From positions 64,001 through 128,000 of the IMG/VR virus record IMGVR_UViG_3300027754_000039: DNA of 64,000 nt; one strand, 5' to 3'. Made by a program: the position numbers and the translations under genes. Of the stretch, positions 49,620 to 60,128 are shown one piece after another. Position 1 is the stretch's first letter, and the number at the start of each line of letters is the position of its first letter. The notes under the pieces were generated by a model that was not told where the DNA came from, ran no database searches, and saw only the letters and a list, made by a program, of their open reading frames with translations. The stretch is from a virus.

Positions 49620-50566
49620 TATGCAAATAATTTATATTTCATAAATTGTGTAAAAGTCAATGCAGGTGTTTCCTTAATCAACGTACACATTCGTTCAAAA
49701 CCAATTTCAGCAGGATCTTTTTCTTGCAAATCTACAAAATACACTTCTACTCCATTATTCATAAAGTATTCAGCGTGTTCTAGAGCTTGCTTTTGAGCGT
49801 CTTTATCAAGACAAATATATAATTTAGTAACTTTATTTTCAATAATCTTTTTACGTAAGTCTTCTGATATAGTCTTTCCGAATAATGGAATGGAATTGCG
49901 CCTAACTGCTATTGCGTCAAAACTACCTTCAACTAAAACGATTGGCAAAGTCCAATTAATAAACAATTCAAAGCCAACACAATTTTTAGACGTGTCTGGA
50001 TTTTTATGTTTAAATGATTCCGCTTCATAATATGCTCTTCCTACAAAATAATTCAATCTACCCATCTCATCATACGATGGAATTATAATCTTTTTAGAAT
50101 ATTCTCCAGATTCGCAATAGCCAATATTATACTTTACTATTTCAGATAGTGTAATTTTTCTTTTAGAACGTAAATAATGCATTACATTTTTATATTCTGT
50201 AGTATCTGAAGTTTTGTAAAGTGGAATAAACTCTTTAGGCAGGTCGAGTACTGTCGTATTTGAATGTAAACTGTCGAACTTACCGGAGTTATATTTGGGT
50301 TGGATGTTAAGTATACTGTATAGCTCCGTTAGTCTATCACGGCTTACGTTTAAGGCTTTAAATAAGGTAGATAGCTTTTTTCCTGATTTATTACAAACCC
50401 AACAATGCCAAGGGTTTTCTCCTTTTTCATTAGTTAAAGATTGAACTTCTAATTTTCTTCTAGGGGATTGGCAAAAAGGACAATGATGTGCAATGTTACC
50501 TTTGTTTGTAGTTTTACCTTTACCTAAAACAGATTCTATTAAATTAGTCAGTTTACTATTTATCAT
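49619..50566 (-). CDS. DNA primase (Zn finger + TOPRIM)
   Basis: HHCPFC...WHCWVC; LVEGSFDA; CLDKDA. Confidence 0.88.
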   Translation of the reverse strand: MINSKLTNLIESVLGKGKTTNKGNIAHHCPFCQSPRRKLEVQSLTNEKGENPWHCWVCNKSGKKLSTLFKALNVSRDRLTELYSILNIQPKYNSGKFDSLHSNTTVLDLPKEFIPLYKTSDTTEYKNVMHYLRSKRKITLSEIVKYNIGYCESGEYSKKIIIPSYDEMGRLNYFVGRAYYEAESFKHKNPDTSKNCVGFELFINWTLPIVLVEGSFDAIAVRRNSIPLFGKTISEDLRKKIIENKVTKLYICLDKDAQKQALEHAEYFMNNGVEVYFVDLQEKDPAEIGFERMCTLIKETPALTFTQFMKYKLFA

Positions 50567-50606
50567 ACTCGATTAATATAGTATATTTATTTCAATATAC
50601 CAAATA

Positions 50607-51011
50607 TTATACTAACCAATCTTCCGGTATTATCTTGTCCGCAAATTTAAAGTTATACTTGATACACCAATCTGCATAAGTAGTCTTAGATGCTTTACTA
50701 ATTTTTGTTTTTGAATTTTGAAATAAAAAGCGAATATCTAACTCAGGATGTTGAGCTTTGATTAAGATATGTTTCTTTCGATCGTCAGTTAAAAATCTTC
50801 CTTTGGTTTCTACAAAAATACCATTAGGCAATTTGAAGTCAGGATGATATTTGTGTTTAGTCTCTGGTTTGACATATTCAATAATATGCTTTTCATAATC
50901 ACCGTCTATCCCTTTAGATTTAAGTGATTCGTCAATTTCCATTTCTAAGCCACTACGGAATCCGTACTTAGCCGCAACTGCTTTTTTACTATAAGGATTT
51001 CTTCTAGCCAT
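50607..51011 (-). CDS. Holliday junction resolvase, T7 endonuclease I-like
   Basis: FRSGLE, YHPDFKLPNGIFVETKGRF, DRKKH, DIRFLFQ. Confidence 0.9.
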   Translation of the reverse strand: MARRNPYSKKAVAAKYGFRSGLEMEIDESLKSKGIDGDYEKHIIEYVKPETKHKYHPDFKLPNGIFVETKGRFLTDDRKKHILIKAQHPELDIRFLFQNSKTKISKASKTTYADWCIKYNFKFADKIIPEDWLV

Positions 51012-51029
51012 AACTTTTATTTTATATAA

Positions 51030-52802
51030 TTATATGTCAAATCGAACTATTAAGTTCAAATCAACGTTGTCTCGTTTTTTAATTGGTGTTCCTAGTTTTC
51101 CTATCGCTACTAACTCTCCGAAAGATGTATATAGTCCAACGGTTGTAATGTAAGGAGCAAATTCACTATTAGAAGTAATTGGTTTTGGAACTTCTGACGA
51201 AGGATCATTGTCTAATCTAATCGTCGGATTAGAAGTAAAGTTAAATTCATCTTCTTTTAATTTACAAATATATTCATGCTCATAAAGAGTTACTGTTGAA
51301 TTATATTCTAAATAAAAATCATCTATATAAGCAGATTGAGTTACTGACGAAAGATAATTATAAACTCTATCACTGAATGGTCTATATTGTGAAGTACCAT
51401 ATTTAGGTCTAGGATCTGATAAAACAATCATTCCATGCTCATAAAATACATTACCTACGGCATTGGTATTAGTAACCATTAAATTTTCAGAGCCTGTATA
51501 TGATAATTGGGTAATTTCACTTTGGCTTAATCCTTTATTAAATATAAAAAATTCGTCGATGTCGCCAAACATTCCATTAACAGCTTTTCCGTCTTTATCA
51601 ATTCCTAAAGATCCAATAAAGATATCAGCTTCATTGTATATATTTCCTAAACTAGGAGTAAAGCCTACATCAGCTAAAGCTCCATTTATATACAATTCAA
51701 ATCTAGAACCTGTTTTATTTACTAATATATGTGCTGATGATGTAGTTGCTAAGTTTGATGAGATAGATACCGTTTCTGCACCTGTTGATTGATTTGCGAA
51801 TACCGTTTTCGTTACAATATTATACGTTATATCAAATGGATATTGAGAAATATTATAATTTATATCTCCAGTGTCATAAACTCCTGTTTTTGAATTAAAT
51901 ACAGTTCCCGTACCTGTCGTTCTTTTTGATAATAACGATACAATTCCAGAACCCGTAGTAGCCATATTAGCCCAAAATGAAACAGCATAATTTTGACTTT
52001 GTTTAAAATTAACATCTTCTCTATTTGGTAAACGAATATATCCTTCTCCTGCAAATGTAGCAGCGTTACCCCATTTAGTAGCTCCGATAGTAAGTAAAGG
52101 ATTAGGTGTTATGCTAACATTTTTACTATTAACTAAATACTCAGGTATTAAAGTGTCTACGTAAATATTATTAATTTCATTTCTAGTATTTAATTCGGTA
52201 GATAATAATGATCCCGTGTTATATACGGTGTCTAAATAAGTTCTGGAATATGTAGATGAATTAAACCCTAAGTATAATATTTCTCCTGACACGGAAGCAC
52301 TTAATGCAGAATCAATTAAATTTCCTTTACCGTCATCATACAATGACATTGTAACAGTATTTAATTGAGTATTTTTAAAACGCAATTTAACAGTACCTGG
52401 TTTGATAGTTTCTCCAAACTTTTTTTGCGGAATAGATATAACTGAAGCTTCATTAAATATAGTTCTTTCAATAGCCTGTGGGTCTGCATATCCAAATGTT
52501 TCAAAAGGCTGACCTGCTCTCTTATAATATAAATGATTTAAGCTATACCAAATCATTGAAGCTTCTTTATTATTAGCTATATTAACTAATAGTGAAGAAG
52601 AATCTAATTGTCGTTGCCAAGTATCTAATGTAACTTTATTTCCGGAATATAATGCTGGATTAGGTTTGATTGCTACTAATCGATCAATGTTATCACTATC
52701 TAAACTAGATGTAGTATCATACCTCCAAGATTTATAAACCTTGAATGGCGTGATAGTCTTATCCTGACCGTCAATTCTTTTAAATACTCCTGGTTTCCCC
52801 AT
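51030..52802 (-). CDS. Baseplate-associated protein with a LamG/ConA-like domain (start revised to MGKPG)
   Basis: AVSFWAN...HILVNK...ELYING...GDIDEFFIFNKGLSQSEI LamG pattern; C-terminal YITTVGLY...LVAIGKL..PI shared with the next gene. Confidence 0.7.
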   Translation of the reverse strand: MGKPGVFKRIDGQDKTITPFKVYKSWRYDTTSSLDSDNIDRLVAIKPNPALYSGNKVTLDTWQRQLDSSSLLVNIANNKEASMIWYSLNHLYYKRAGQPFETFGYADPQAIERTIFNEASVISIPQKKFGETIKPGTVKLRFKNTQLNTVTMSLYDDGKGNLIDSALSASVSGEILYLGFNSSTYSRTYLDTVYNTGSLLSTELNTRNEINNIYVDTLIPEYLVNSKNVSITPNPLLTIGATKWGNAATFAGEGYIRLPNREDVNFKQSQNYAVSFWANMATTGSGIVSLLSKRTTGTGTVFNSKTGVYDTGDINYNISQYPFDITYNIVTKTVFANQSTGAETVSISSNLATTSSAHILVNKTGSRFELYINGALADVGFTPSLGNIYNEADIFIGSLGIDKDGKAVNGMFGDIDEFFIFNKGLSQSEITQLSYTGSENLMVTNTNAVGNVFYEHGMIVLSDPRPKYGTSQYRPFSDRVYNYLSSVTQSAYIDDFYLEYNSTVTLYEHEYICKLKEDEFNFTSNPTIRLDNDPSSEVPKPITSNSEFAPYITTVGLYTSFGELVAIGKLGTPIKKRDNVDLNLIVRFDI

Positions 52803-52812
52803 AATGTAAAAA

Positions 52813-52842
52813 TGGCTCTTTAATATAAATATCAAAGAGCCA
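52813..52842 (-). terminator. Terminator hairpin with the promoter motif in its loop
   Basis: TGGCTCTTT-GATATTTATATT-AAAGAGCCA then TTTT, ATG at 52802. Confidence 0.7.
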
Positions 52843-52868
52843 ATTTAATAGGTTTATTTTAAGTACTA

Positions 52869-54143
52869 CTAAAAATCTAACTTAACTTTTATTAAAGCTT
52901 CGTTACTAAATGATTTTTGTATTGGTTTAGATAATTTTGCTACTGCTAACAATTCTTGACGATCGTTATACATACCAATTGATGTAATATACGTCTTAGG
53001 GTCTCCGATAAATGTTGGTTGCAAAAGCTCTCCTACTGAACCGGTAGTAAATGTTGGGTTATTTGAAAAATTATATTCACCATTTTTAACTCGAACAAAA
53101 AAGTGAGTCGAAGTTACTGTTTCTTCATTACGTGCTGAGAATGCTAAATTTGGTAGACTATTTCCAACCCCATAAGCCAATCCTCCTGAAATTGAAGTAA
53201 ATAATTTCCAAGCATTATCTCCAGCTATATTTGAACCTGTTACTGTATTAAATGACATTGAAGTGTCTAACGCTAATCCATTTAAAATTAAAATACCCAT
53301 ATCAGGATAAGCTAATCCATAATATTTAGGATCGGTTGAGTTAAAAACTCCTCCGGTAATAGATCCAGATACAACATTAAATACTCTACCTCCGGTAGAT
53401 AAATTTGTTTCTTGAGTTTGACCTGAATCATCTATTAATGAAATAAAATTGGTATTTAACGGTTTTACATTTGATCCAGTATGAGTATTATTAGTAAATC
53501 CTGAACCACTTAAATTAGTTAAAGTTAATTGCCAGTTACCTGGGTCTAATTTATCTTTAATTCTTGCGCGATTGAAATTCAAAGCATATATTGAATCTGA
53601 AGATTGACTACCACCAAAGGTAAATGTCGTGTCTCCTGGATTTAATAATAGCAAACGATATTGAGAATATACTGCTCTTGCCGGAGAATCATTTAATGTT
53701 CCAGCAGCTGAAGATCCTGAACCTAATCTATGACCATGAGCTACTGCAAATTGAACTTCTGAAGTTGAAAGAGCAGGATTGGCATTTAACATATCATAAT
53801 AATATGTTTTAGATGCTGTAGATTGAGCTGAGCTAGAATAAGCTAATGACATTGTAGCTGCATTACCAGTAAATAAACCAGTCGTTACAAATGTTTTTTG
53901 ATTTTCAATGATATCAGATGCAACGTCAAAGCGAGTAAATACTCTTCCACTTGAAGCTACTTGAGATTGTCTAGCTACTTGTGCTACCATTTCAGCTGCA
54001 ATAGCACGAGCTCGAGTTTCAATTTCGTTCACTAAATTAGCGTTTGAATTTGGTAATGTAACTGCTTGTATATTTGCAGCTGCAGCTGCTCTAGGTGCTG
54101 CCGCTAAATTATTTACCACTAATGGTGTTCTAATTACTCCCAT
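52869..54143 (-). CDS. Baseplate/virion structural protein
   Basis: C-terminal YITSIGMYNDRQELLAVAKLSKPI...IKVKLDF, paralogous to the 51030 gene end. Confidence 0.65.
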   Translation of the reverse strand: MGVIRTPLVVNNLAAAPRAAAAANIQAVTLPNSNANLVNEIETRARAIAAEMVAQVARQSQVASSGRVFTRFDVASDIIENQKTFVTTGLFTGNAATMSLAYSSSAQSTASKTYYYDMLNANPALSTSEVQFAVAHGHRLGSGSSAAGTLNDSPARAVYSQYRLLLLNPGDTTFTFGGSQSSDSIYALNFNRARIKDKLDPGNWQLTLTNLSGSGFTNNTHTGSNVKPLNTNFISLIDDSGQTQETNLSTGGRVFNVVSGSITGGVFNSTDPKYYGLAYPDMGILILNGLALDTSMSFNTVTGSNIAGDNAWKLFTSISGGLAYGVGNSLPNLAFSARNEETVTSTHFFVRVKNGEYNFSNNPTFTTGSVGELLQPTFIGDPKTYITSIGMYNDRQELLAVAKLSKPIQKSFSNEALIKVKLDF

Positions 54144-54156
54144 GTTATTTTTTTAA

Positions 54157-54834
54157 TTATTGTGCGTTAGTTATTGAAGTATTTGAAGCTGTCGCTAATT
54201 GTACTTTTTTAACAGTTAAATTAACAGTTACTCTACCACCAGTTTCATTTCCTATAATAGTGATAGTAGCTACAGAGTCTGCAACTAATTGCTGCTTAGC
54301 AATGATATTAAAGCTAAATCCAACTGCTGATACAGTTTGAGCTGATTCAGAATCTCCAATAAATCTTGGTACTGTAGGACTAACACCTGCATTAACAGGT
54401 TGCACTACTTGAAGTGTTGCTGTGTCTGAATTAGATAAAATTGCAGTGTATCCTAATGTAGCATTTCCAGAAGTAAAGTTTGTCGTTGTCGGATTAATAG
54501 TCGACTGTTGACCTGGAGATGTTAGCGTTATTGAAGATTGACCAACTTGAATAACTGGTATTCTTGCTGTTTTCTTTGGCAATGTTACTAATTTGTAACG
54601 CATTACATTTGATTCATCTGCACTAGCTTCTACTAATGGCATATTCTCAATGATAATGCCATAATAATCAGACCCTAATGGGTGTGCAGGGTTCCACAAA
54701 TCATAATCAATCTCATCATCTGCTACTGCAAATTGAGTGATTTTAAATTCATCTTTTCCGCGAGCTAGCAATTCTCTTCCTTTTTTAGTAAGAATTGCGT
54801 CAACGGTTATTGTACTATTATTTAAGTATCCCAT
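54157..54834 (-). CDS. Baseplate/virion structural protein
   Basis: MGYLNNSTITVDAILTKKGRELLA...ITQFAVADDEIDY pattern typical of wedge/fibre attachment proteins. Confidence 0.65.
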   Translation of the reverse strand: MGYLNNSTITVDAILTKKGRELLARGKDEFKITQFAVADDEIDYDLWNPAHPLGSDYYGIIIENMPLVEASADESNVMRYKLVTLPKKTARIPVIQVGQSSITLTSPGQQSTINPTTTNFTSGNATLGYTAILSNSDTATLQVVQPVNAGVSPTVPRFIGDSESAQTVSAVGFSFNIIAKQQLVADSVATITIIGNETGGRVTVNLTVKKVQLATASNTSITNAQ

Positions 54835-54899
54835 CTTGTTTATACCTTTTTAATAAATATAGACTATTGAAAAATTCAGATTTATATTTAAGAATCATT

Positions 54900-57800
54900 T
54901 TATCCAATCCTGGAGTTTGTAGATCTACCTGATGTTGCTCTGTCTATTGTTGTTAATTGATTATTTGCAAACACTACTTGATTTGGATTTACTTGCGTCA
55001 CTTTAACTACAGGTCCTCCGTCGACAGTTTGTCTTGAATTTGCGTTAACTGCCGATCCTACCAATTTAGAACCGTTTAATCTAGCATTTGCATATCCAGT
55101 TCCTTGAAATTTATTTCCTAAACTAGCAGTTACCGGATATGGAATTAATGAACTACTATATGAAGTTACAGATTCGTATATATAAATGTCGGCAATTTCT
55201 ACGTCTTTGATAGAGGTAATTTTATTTTTTAGTGTAAATTTAGGTCCGGTTAATGTAACCGCGTTTGTGGTTTGATATGTTCCCACGCCATTAATAGGTA
55301 TATTTGCTACTATTGAAGTAGTAGCAAAATCTATCACATCTATACTTACCGGGTTACCTGCAAATGAAGTTACTTCAAAATAACAATACAGTGATCCTGT
55401 ATACGTGGCTGGCATTGTAAAAGTTACTTTATCTCCTGGCATTAAATAAGCTACCGTAGCATCATACAATCGCTGTACCAAGGCAACGCTACTGCTAACA
55501 TTTGTATATGAAGAAGTAAATGAATATTGTCCAAACGGTCTTTGATCGTATATAGTAGTTTGAATAGGCTTATAAGATCCTGATTCTGTTATTTTATATT
55601 TATCTATGTATCTATGCTGAACCCATGAAGTTCCTAGCTTATCAATGTCTGTGGTATTATTTTCAATAAGACCGGCATAAGATTGATATTCAGAAGTCAT
55701 CGCTAACGAGCTACTCATTACTCCTGTTAAATTAGGAAATATACTAGAGTCTGCAACGGTTATTGGTTGAGTAATTAATCCATTTAAGTTTTGATATACT
55801 CCAGAAGCTGATACGTCATTAACTGCATTTAAAGTTACATCGTGCTTTAAATTTTCAATTACAGGGTTGTTAATAAGTTTAACTTTACTTCTTTCTAAAA
55901 CATTTGGCTCTACAACTAATCCTACAATTGCATTTGCTCTTTTAGGAAGTAGCTGCTTAATATACTTAAATAAAGTAAAGTCATAAATTTGAAGAGCTCT
56001 GAAATACGCTTCAAAGTCATTTCTATTTTCATACTTCTTCCAGTAATTAATTGCAAAGTTATTTAGCTTTGTATAATTGTCATTTAAAATATCTCCTGGG
56101 TCTCCGATATAATCGTCAATTTCAAAATATCCTAATTGATTGAATATGTCTTCATTGATTGCAGTTTGAGGGGAGAAATAAACTCCTACTCTATTAGAGT
56201 CTAAAGAGTATCTGTCAAATGATGATTTCTCAATTCTTGTTTTAGTATTTAATCTTTTATTAACATCTAAACTAGCAGATTCAATTCTTACTTTGTTTGA
56301 ATATAAACTAGAAGCTCCTAACGAAGGAGATGGTGTGTAATATGTTTCTTCAAATCCTTCAAATACTATTGACCCTGAACTACTTCCAAATCCATTGAAG
56401 AAAAGTGAACCTGTATTAATAGTTTGATTAGGGTGAGTTGACGATTGATAAAATGAACCACTCTTTATTGTTTTATCTGATAAAGTAAATCTTTGCAATA
56501 AATGATCAAATGGCTTAGCAGCTTCTTCTCCGGTTGTTAATAAAGTTCTATCAACATTATAAGTGTATGTATTTGGGGATGCTGCATGCTCTTGAATAGT
56601 AGCGTTATTTAGCGACCCAGACCATAAACGAATTTCTTGAAAGTGACCATGAAACTTACCTAGAGAAGATATAGTAGTGCTATTAACAAATACTGGAGTT
56701 ATTGCTCTAGATCCTGACGCAAATGTTATAGTCGATTGCTTAAATGGATTAGGCGCTCCAATTACACTAGCAGATACATTATATATTGTATTGCCGTATA
56801 AAGATTTTACTACATTCAATGAAGAAGTTAAGTTGTTATTATTAATAACGACGCTAATCCAACTATTGTCAAATATTTCTAAATTAGATGCTGTAATAGC
56901 TTGACCAGTTATACCATTAAATAATGTAATAGTACCTTGATTATCATCATTGGTTTCTTTGTTAAGAATTAAATTATAAACATCGTCAATTGATCCACTT
57001 TTAATAGATAAAATGTTATAAGGAGTTCCTACACCATAGATATAGTTATTATCCGTTTTAAACCGGAATTCCAAGGTGTTAGCATAAACATAAGTCTTAG
57101 CACCATTTATGAATTGGCCGGCTGTTAAACTTAAGCTACCAGTTTGAGAAAGCCATGCATAATGGTATTTGTCATGCACATATTCAGGATAATGATTATT
57201 ATCAGTGAATGTGCTAGGACCGCCATATTCTTTAATCGTTAATACGGTAGAAGGTATTCCATAACAAGCCAATAAAGCTTTTATAGATCTAGAAGTACCC
57301 TTTGATTTTAATATATAAGGAAGATTGTTTACAATTCTTCTCCAAATTTCTTTAGTATTTTTTTCATCAGTAATCGTAGTAATATTATTAACGCCACTTT
57401 CCAACGCTACGCCATTTTCATCAACAGCTAAAGCATATTTCCAAAGCTCAGAAGTTGATTTGCCATTTAATAAATCAAATCCTAAAGATTTAGCAACATC
57501 GTACAGCAAATTATCTGGCATTCCATCTTTTGGATTTTCTTCTCGAGAATGTATTGACGTAAGTGCTTTAATATATGTCCATAATATATCAAAATGTTGC
57601 CCCATCATATTAATAAAGAGCAAATACTCTTCATTATCTGTAGATTCCTTTATATATAAAGGAACAGTTTCTATTAATTTATGAATATTATTATAATCAA
57701 AAATTTCAGCAATCTCTAATAAATCATTATAATATATCTGCCCGGTGTTAGAAGTTGAAGAAACTTGAGTTGCAAAATATCCATAAGGGTCAGGTGCAGC

Positions 57801-59075
57801 TCCTAGTGTCCATTGAGTAGCTGCCGTACTCCACATCGTAAAAGCTTCGTTCCATTTCAATGCAGTCGGAGTTGTCTTTGGCCATGGATTAACTATTCTA
57901 GGAGTATATGACCCCGTAGTTTCATTAACGTGTGTATATAAAGCACTTCCCGTTGATTCGAAAAATAAATATTTTTCAAAATCATCAAATCCACTAACTA
58001 CACGATTTCGTTTAATGTAAATATCAGCTAAATTAATTTGAGTTATATCTCCTCCATTAACTTGAGATATAGTTTGAACTTGAGCTGAATAATATTCAAT
58101 TAATTCTAATTTATACTTGAAGTTTTTAACTCGTTCAACGGCAGAGCCATAATGAATAAAACTATCAAATATTCTATGATTGGTATTTAATTTTATTCCT
58201 GCTAATGAACCGGAAAAGTAATTGTCGATTAATTGCTGCGATGTTTGTACATTTTCAGTAAGTAAATTATTCCAATTTTTAAAGCTAGTAGCTACCGAAC
58301 CTCCATCAAATTCTTCTAATTCAAAATTAGGACCAGCTAATGCTGTAACTGGATCTGGAATATGCTGTGGTATAATCGATACCGTATCTAATACTGATTC
58401 AATTATTTCTTCTGAAACCCATAATCTAGATTTCTCTCCATACTTAGCTGGTAATGGGGCATACAATCTAACAATAATTTCAGGCGTTGGCCCAAAAGTA
58501 TCAAATCGCATATTAATTATTTGATACGTTTCATTAAAACCAAAGTTTAATAAAAATGAATCAAATACATCGTCATTGGTTAGTAAATCATTCCAACGAT
58601 TACGAAAAGAATTTAATTGATCACGTAAAGTGATGCTTTCATTATCAGATAATTGAATTCTTAATTCTCGTCTAGACGGAGAAATTTCTTTAATCCAAAG
58701 CTTTTGACCTTTATAAGAGCCTAATAAATTATTAAATAAATTGTATACTACTTTATATTGACCTCTATGTATTCCTAAGCCATCTAATTCAGTATTAGTA
58801 TCAACTGATAAATGTTGGTATGTTAATGAACTAGTACCGTTAAAATCAACGCTATAATGAGTATCGTGATTACCTGTTAAATAAACACCGTCTGGAGTAT
58901 ATACATGTAATTCTAAATCCGCAGTTGAATTAAGATTGGTCTCACCGGTTGATTTAAACTTAATAGCAAACTTTCTAGTATCTAAAAGTTCTTTATCAAC
59001 AGACTCTAATCTAGATACCTTTATAGTATTAGTTGAGTTTAATAAATCTTGCTGATTAGTATATACTGATAACAT
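54900..59075 (-). CDS. Large baseplate wedge protein (gp7-like position)
   Basis: 1391 aa; IWRRIVNNLPYILKSKGTSRSIKALLACYG resembles gpI/gp7 wedge motifs; LamG-like segment. Confidence 0.65.
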   Translation of the reverse strand: MLSVYTNQQDLLNSTNTIKVSRLESVDKELLDTRKFAIKFKSTGETNLNSTADLELHVYTPDGVYLTGNHDTHYSVDFNGTSSLTYQHLSVDTNTELDGLGIHRGQYKVVYNLFNNLLGSYKGQKLWIKEISPSRRELRIQLSDNESITLRDQLNSFRNRWNDLLTNDDVFDSFLLNFGFNETYQIINMRFDTFGPTPEIIVRLYAPLPAKYGEKSRLWVSEEIIESVLDTVSIIPQHIPDPVTALAGPNFELEEFDGGSVATSFKNWNNLLTENVQTSQQLIDNYFSGSLAGIKLNTNHRIFDSFIHYGSAVERVKNFKYKLELIEYYSAQVQTISQVNGGDITQINLADIYIKRNRVVSGFDDFEKYLFFESTGSALYTHVNETTGSYTPRIVNPWPKTTPTALKWNEAFTMWSTAATQWTLGAAPDPYGYFATQVSSTSNTGQIYYNDLLEIAEIFDYNNIHKLIETVPLYIKESTDNEEYLLFINMMGQHFDILWTYIKALTSIHSREENPKDGMPDNLLYDVAKSLGFDLLNGKSTSELWKYALAVDENGVALESGVNNITTITDEKNTKEIWRRIVNNLPYILKSKGTSRSIKALLACYGIPSTVLTIKEYGGPSTFTDNNHYPEYVHDKYHYAWLSQTGSLSLTAGQFINGAKTYVYANTLEFRFKTDNNYIYGVGTPYNILSIKSGSIDDVYNLILNKETNDDNQGTITLFNGITGQAITASNLEIFDNSWISVVINNNNLTSSLNVVKSLYGNTIYNVSASVIGAPNPFKQSTITFASGSRAITPVFVNSTTISSLGKFHGHFQEIRLWSGSLNNATIQEHAASPNTYTYNVDRTLLTTGEEAAKPFDHLLQRFTLSDKTIKSGSFYQSSTHPNQTINTGSLFFNGFGSSSGSIVFEGFEETYYTPSPSLGASSLYSNKVRIESASLDVNKRLNTKTRIEKSSFDRYSLDSNRVGVYFSPQTAINEDIFNQLGYFEIDDYIGDPGDILNDNYTKLNNFAINYWKKYENRNDFEAYFRALQIYDFTLFKYIKQLLPKRANAIVGLVVEPNVLERSKVKLINNPVIENLKHDVTLNAVNDVSASGVYQNLNGLITQPITVADSSIFPNLTGVMSSSLAMTSEYQSYAGLIENNTTDIDKLGTSWVQHRYIDKYKITESGSYKPIQTTIYDQRPFGQYSFTSSYTNVSSSVALVQRLYDATVAYLMPGDKVTFTMPATYTGSLYCYFEVTSFAGNPVSIDVIDFATTSIVANIPINGVGTYQTTNAVTLTGPKFTLKNKITSIKDVEIADIYIYESVTSYSSSLIPYPVTASLGNKFQGTGYANARLNGSKLVGSAVNANSRQTVDGGPVVKVTQVNPNQVVFANNQLTTIDRATSGRSTNSRIG

Positions 59076-59114
59076 CCTTTAATATAAATATCTTAAATAG
59101 ATATTCTAGGTATC

Positions 59115-60128
59115 TTAAGTGCCATAGCTAGACCAAACAACATTTGACCCATCATATAAATTTAATATACCTGAGTCTGTTAATTGAATTCTTGCTTTTG
59201 ATGAAATGTTTCCAACAAACACTCCCCAAGTACGTTTGAACGGTGTAGATACGTTATTATAATCAACTCTAACTACTTCTAACAATCCATTACTTCCAGG
59301 AGTTATTTTTAATCCCATAAAGCGGCCCGGGCCATCTTGTTTGCCGTCATAGCCTCTGCCCCAAACTATAGATTCTTCGCCAAGCGCATTTCCATTATAA
59401 TCATAATTACCAGTGCGTATTATAAAATTACCATCTCCTTGCATTATACCTTTTGCCATTCTATTTCTAGATAATAGTATATTTCTAATACGATCTCCAT
59501 TAGCACCGGTTTGGTTAGAATATAATTCACTTCCAGCTACTAACGTATCACTAACGATATTATCTCTGCCCGGGTCAACTGCTAATGCTAATTGATCTCT
59601 TAATGAAGCTATTTGTGCATTTAACTCGTCTATCTGTGTAGTTAAAACTGCTTTATCTGCTCGATTACGCTGAGTACCTGATTCTAATGAAGCTACTTTA
59701 TTTTCTAAAAATGCTAGAGTTGAGTCTAAATCTTCCGTAAACTCCTGTATCACAGCATCAATTACTTGATTAAATTTGACATTGGATGTTTTTGAAACAT
59801 TTAAACTAATTAAAGTTTTTTGATTAGTTAAATCTTTATTTTTATCAATTAATACAGTTCCATTAGAACTTCTATCAAACGGTTTGTATAATAATGGATC
59901 TATTTGGTCAGGGTTTATTTGACCAGTAACGATTTTATCGGGATCAAATTCATGTAATTCATAAATCCTATCCGGTGCAGGTTTAGGTGCTTGTGCAGGT
60001 TTAGGTGCTTGTGCAGGTGGCACTTCAATTAATTGAAAAGACTCTACTAAAGATTTAGGTGCTTGTGCTGATACGACCTGCGCAGAATTGACAATTTGAT
60101 ATTCAGGAGTTTTTGAGATCGTTCCCAT
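59115..60128 (-). CDS. Virion protein with coiled coil and a C-terminal bulb-type (GNA) lectin-like domain
   Basis: IMQGDGNFII and IQLTDSGILNLYDGSNVVWSS fit the B-lectin repeat pattern. Confidence 0.65.
   Translation of the reverse strand: MGTISKTPEYQIVNSAQVVSAQAPKSLVESFQLIEVPPAQAPKPAQAPKPAPDRIYELHEFDPDKIVTGQINPDQIDPLLYKPFDRSSNGTVLIDKNKDLTNQKTLISLNVSKTSNVKFNQVIDAVIQEFTEDLDSTLAFLENKVASLESGTQRNRADKAVLTTQIDELNAQIASLRDQLALAVDPGRDNIVSDTLVAGSELYSNQTGANGDRIRNILLSRNRMAKGIMQGDGNFIIRTGNYDYNGNALGEESIVWGRGYDGKQDGPGRFMGLKITPGSNGLLEVVRVDYNNVSTPFKRTWGVFVGNISSKARIQLTDSGILNLYDGSNVVWSSYGT
59978..60067. repeat. 18-bp tandem repeat encoding a (AQ)APKP linker
   Basis: GCAGGTTTAGGTGCTTGT twice in tandem at about 59978-60013, plus a partial copy near 60052-60067. 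Confidence 0.8.
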
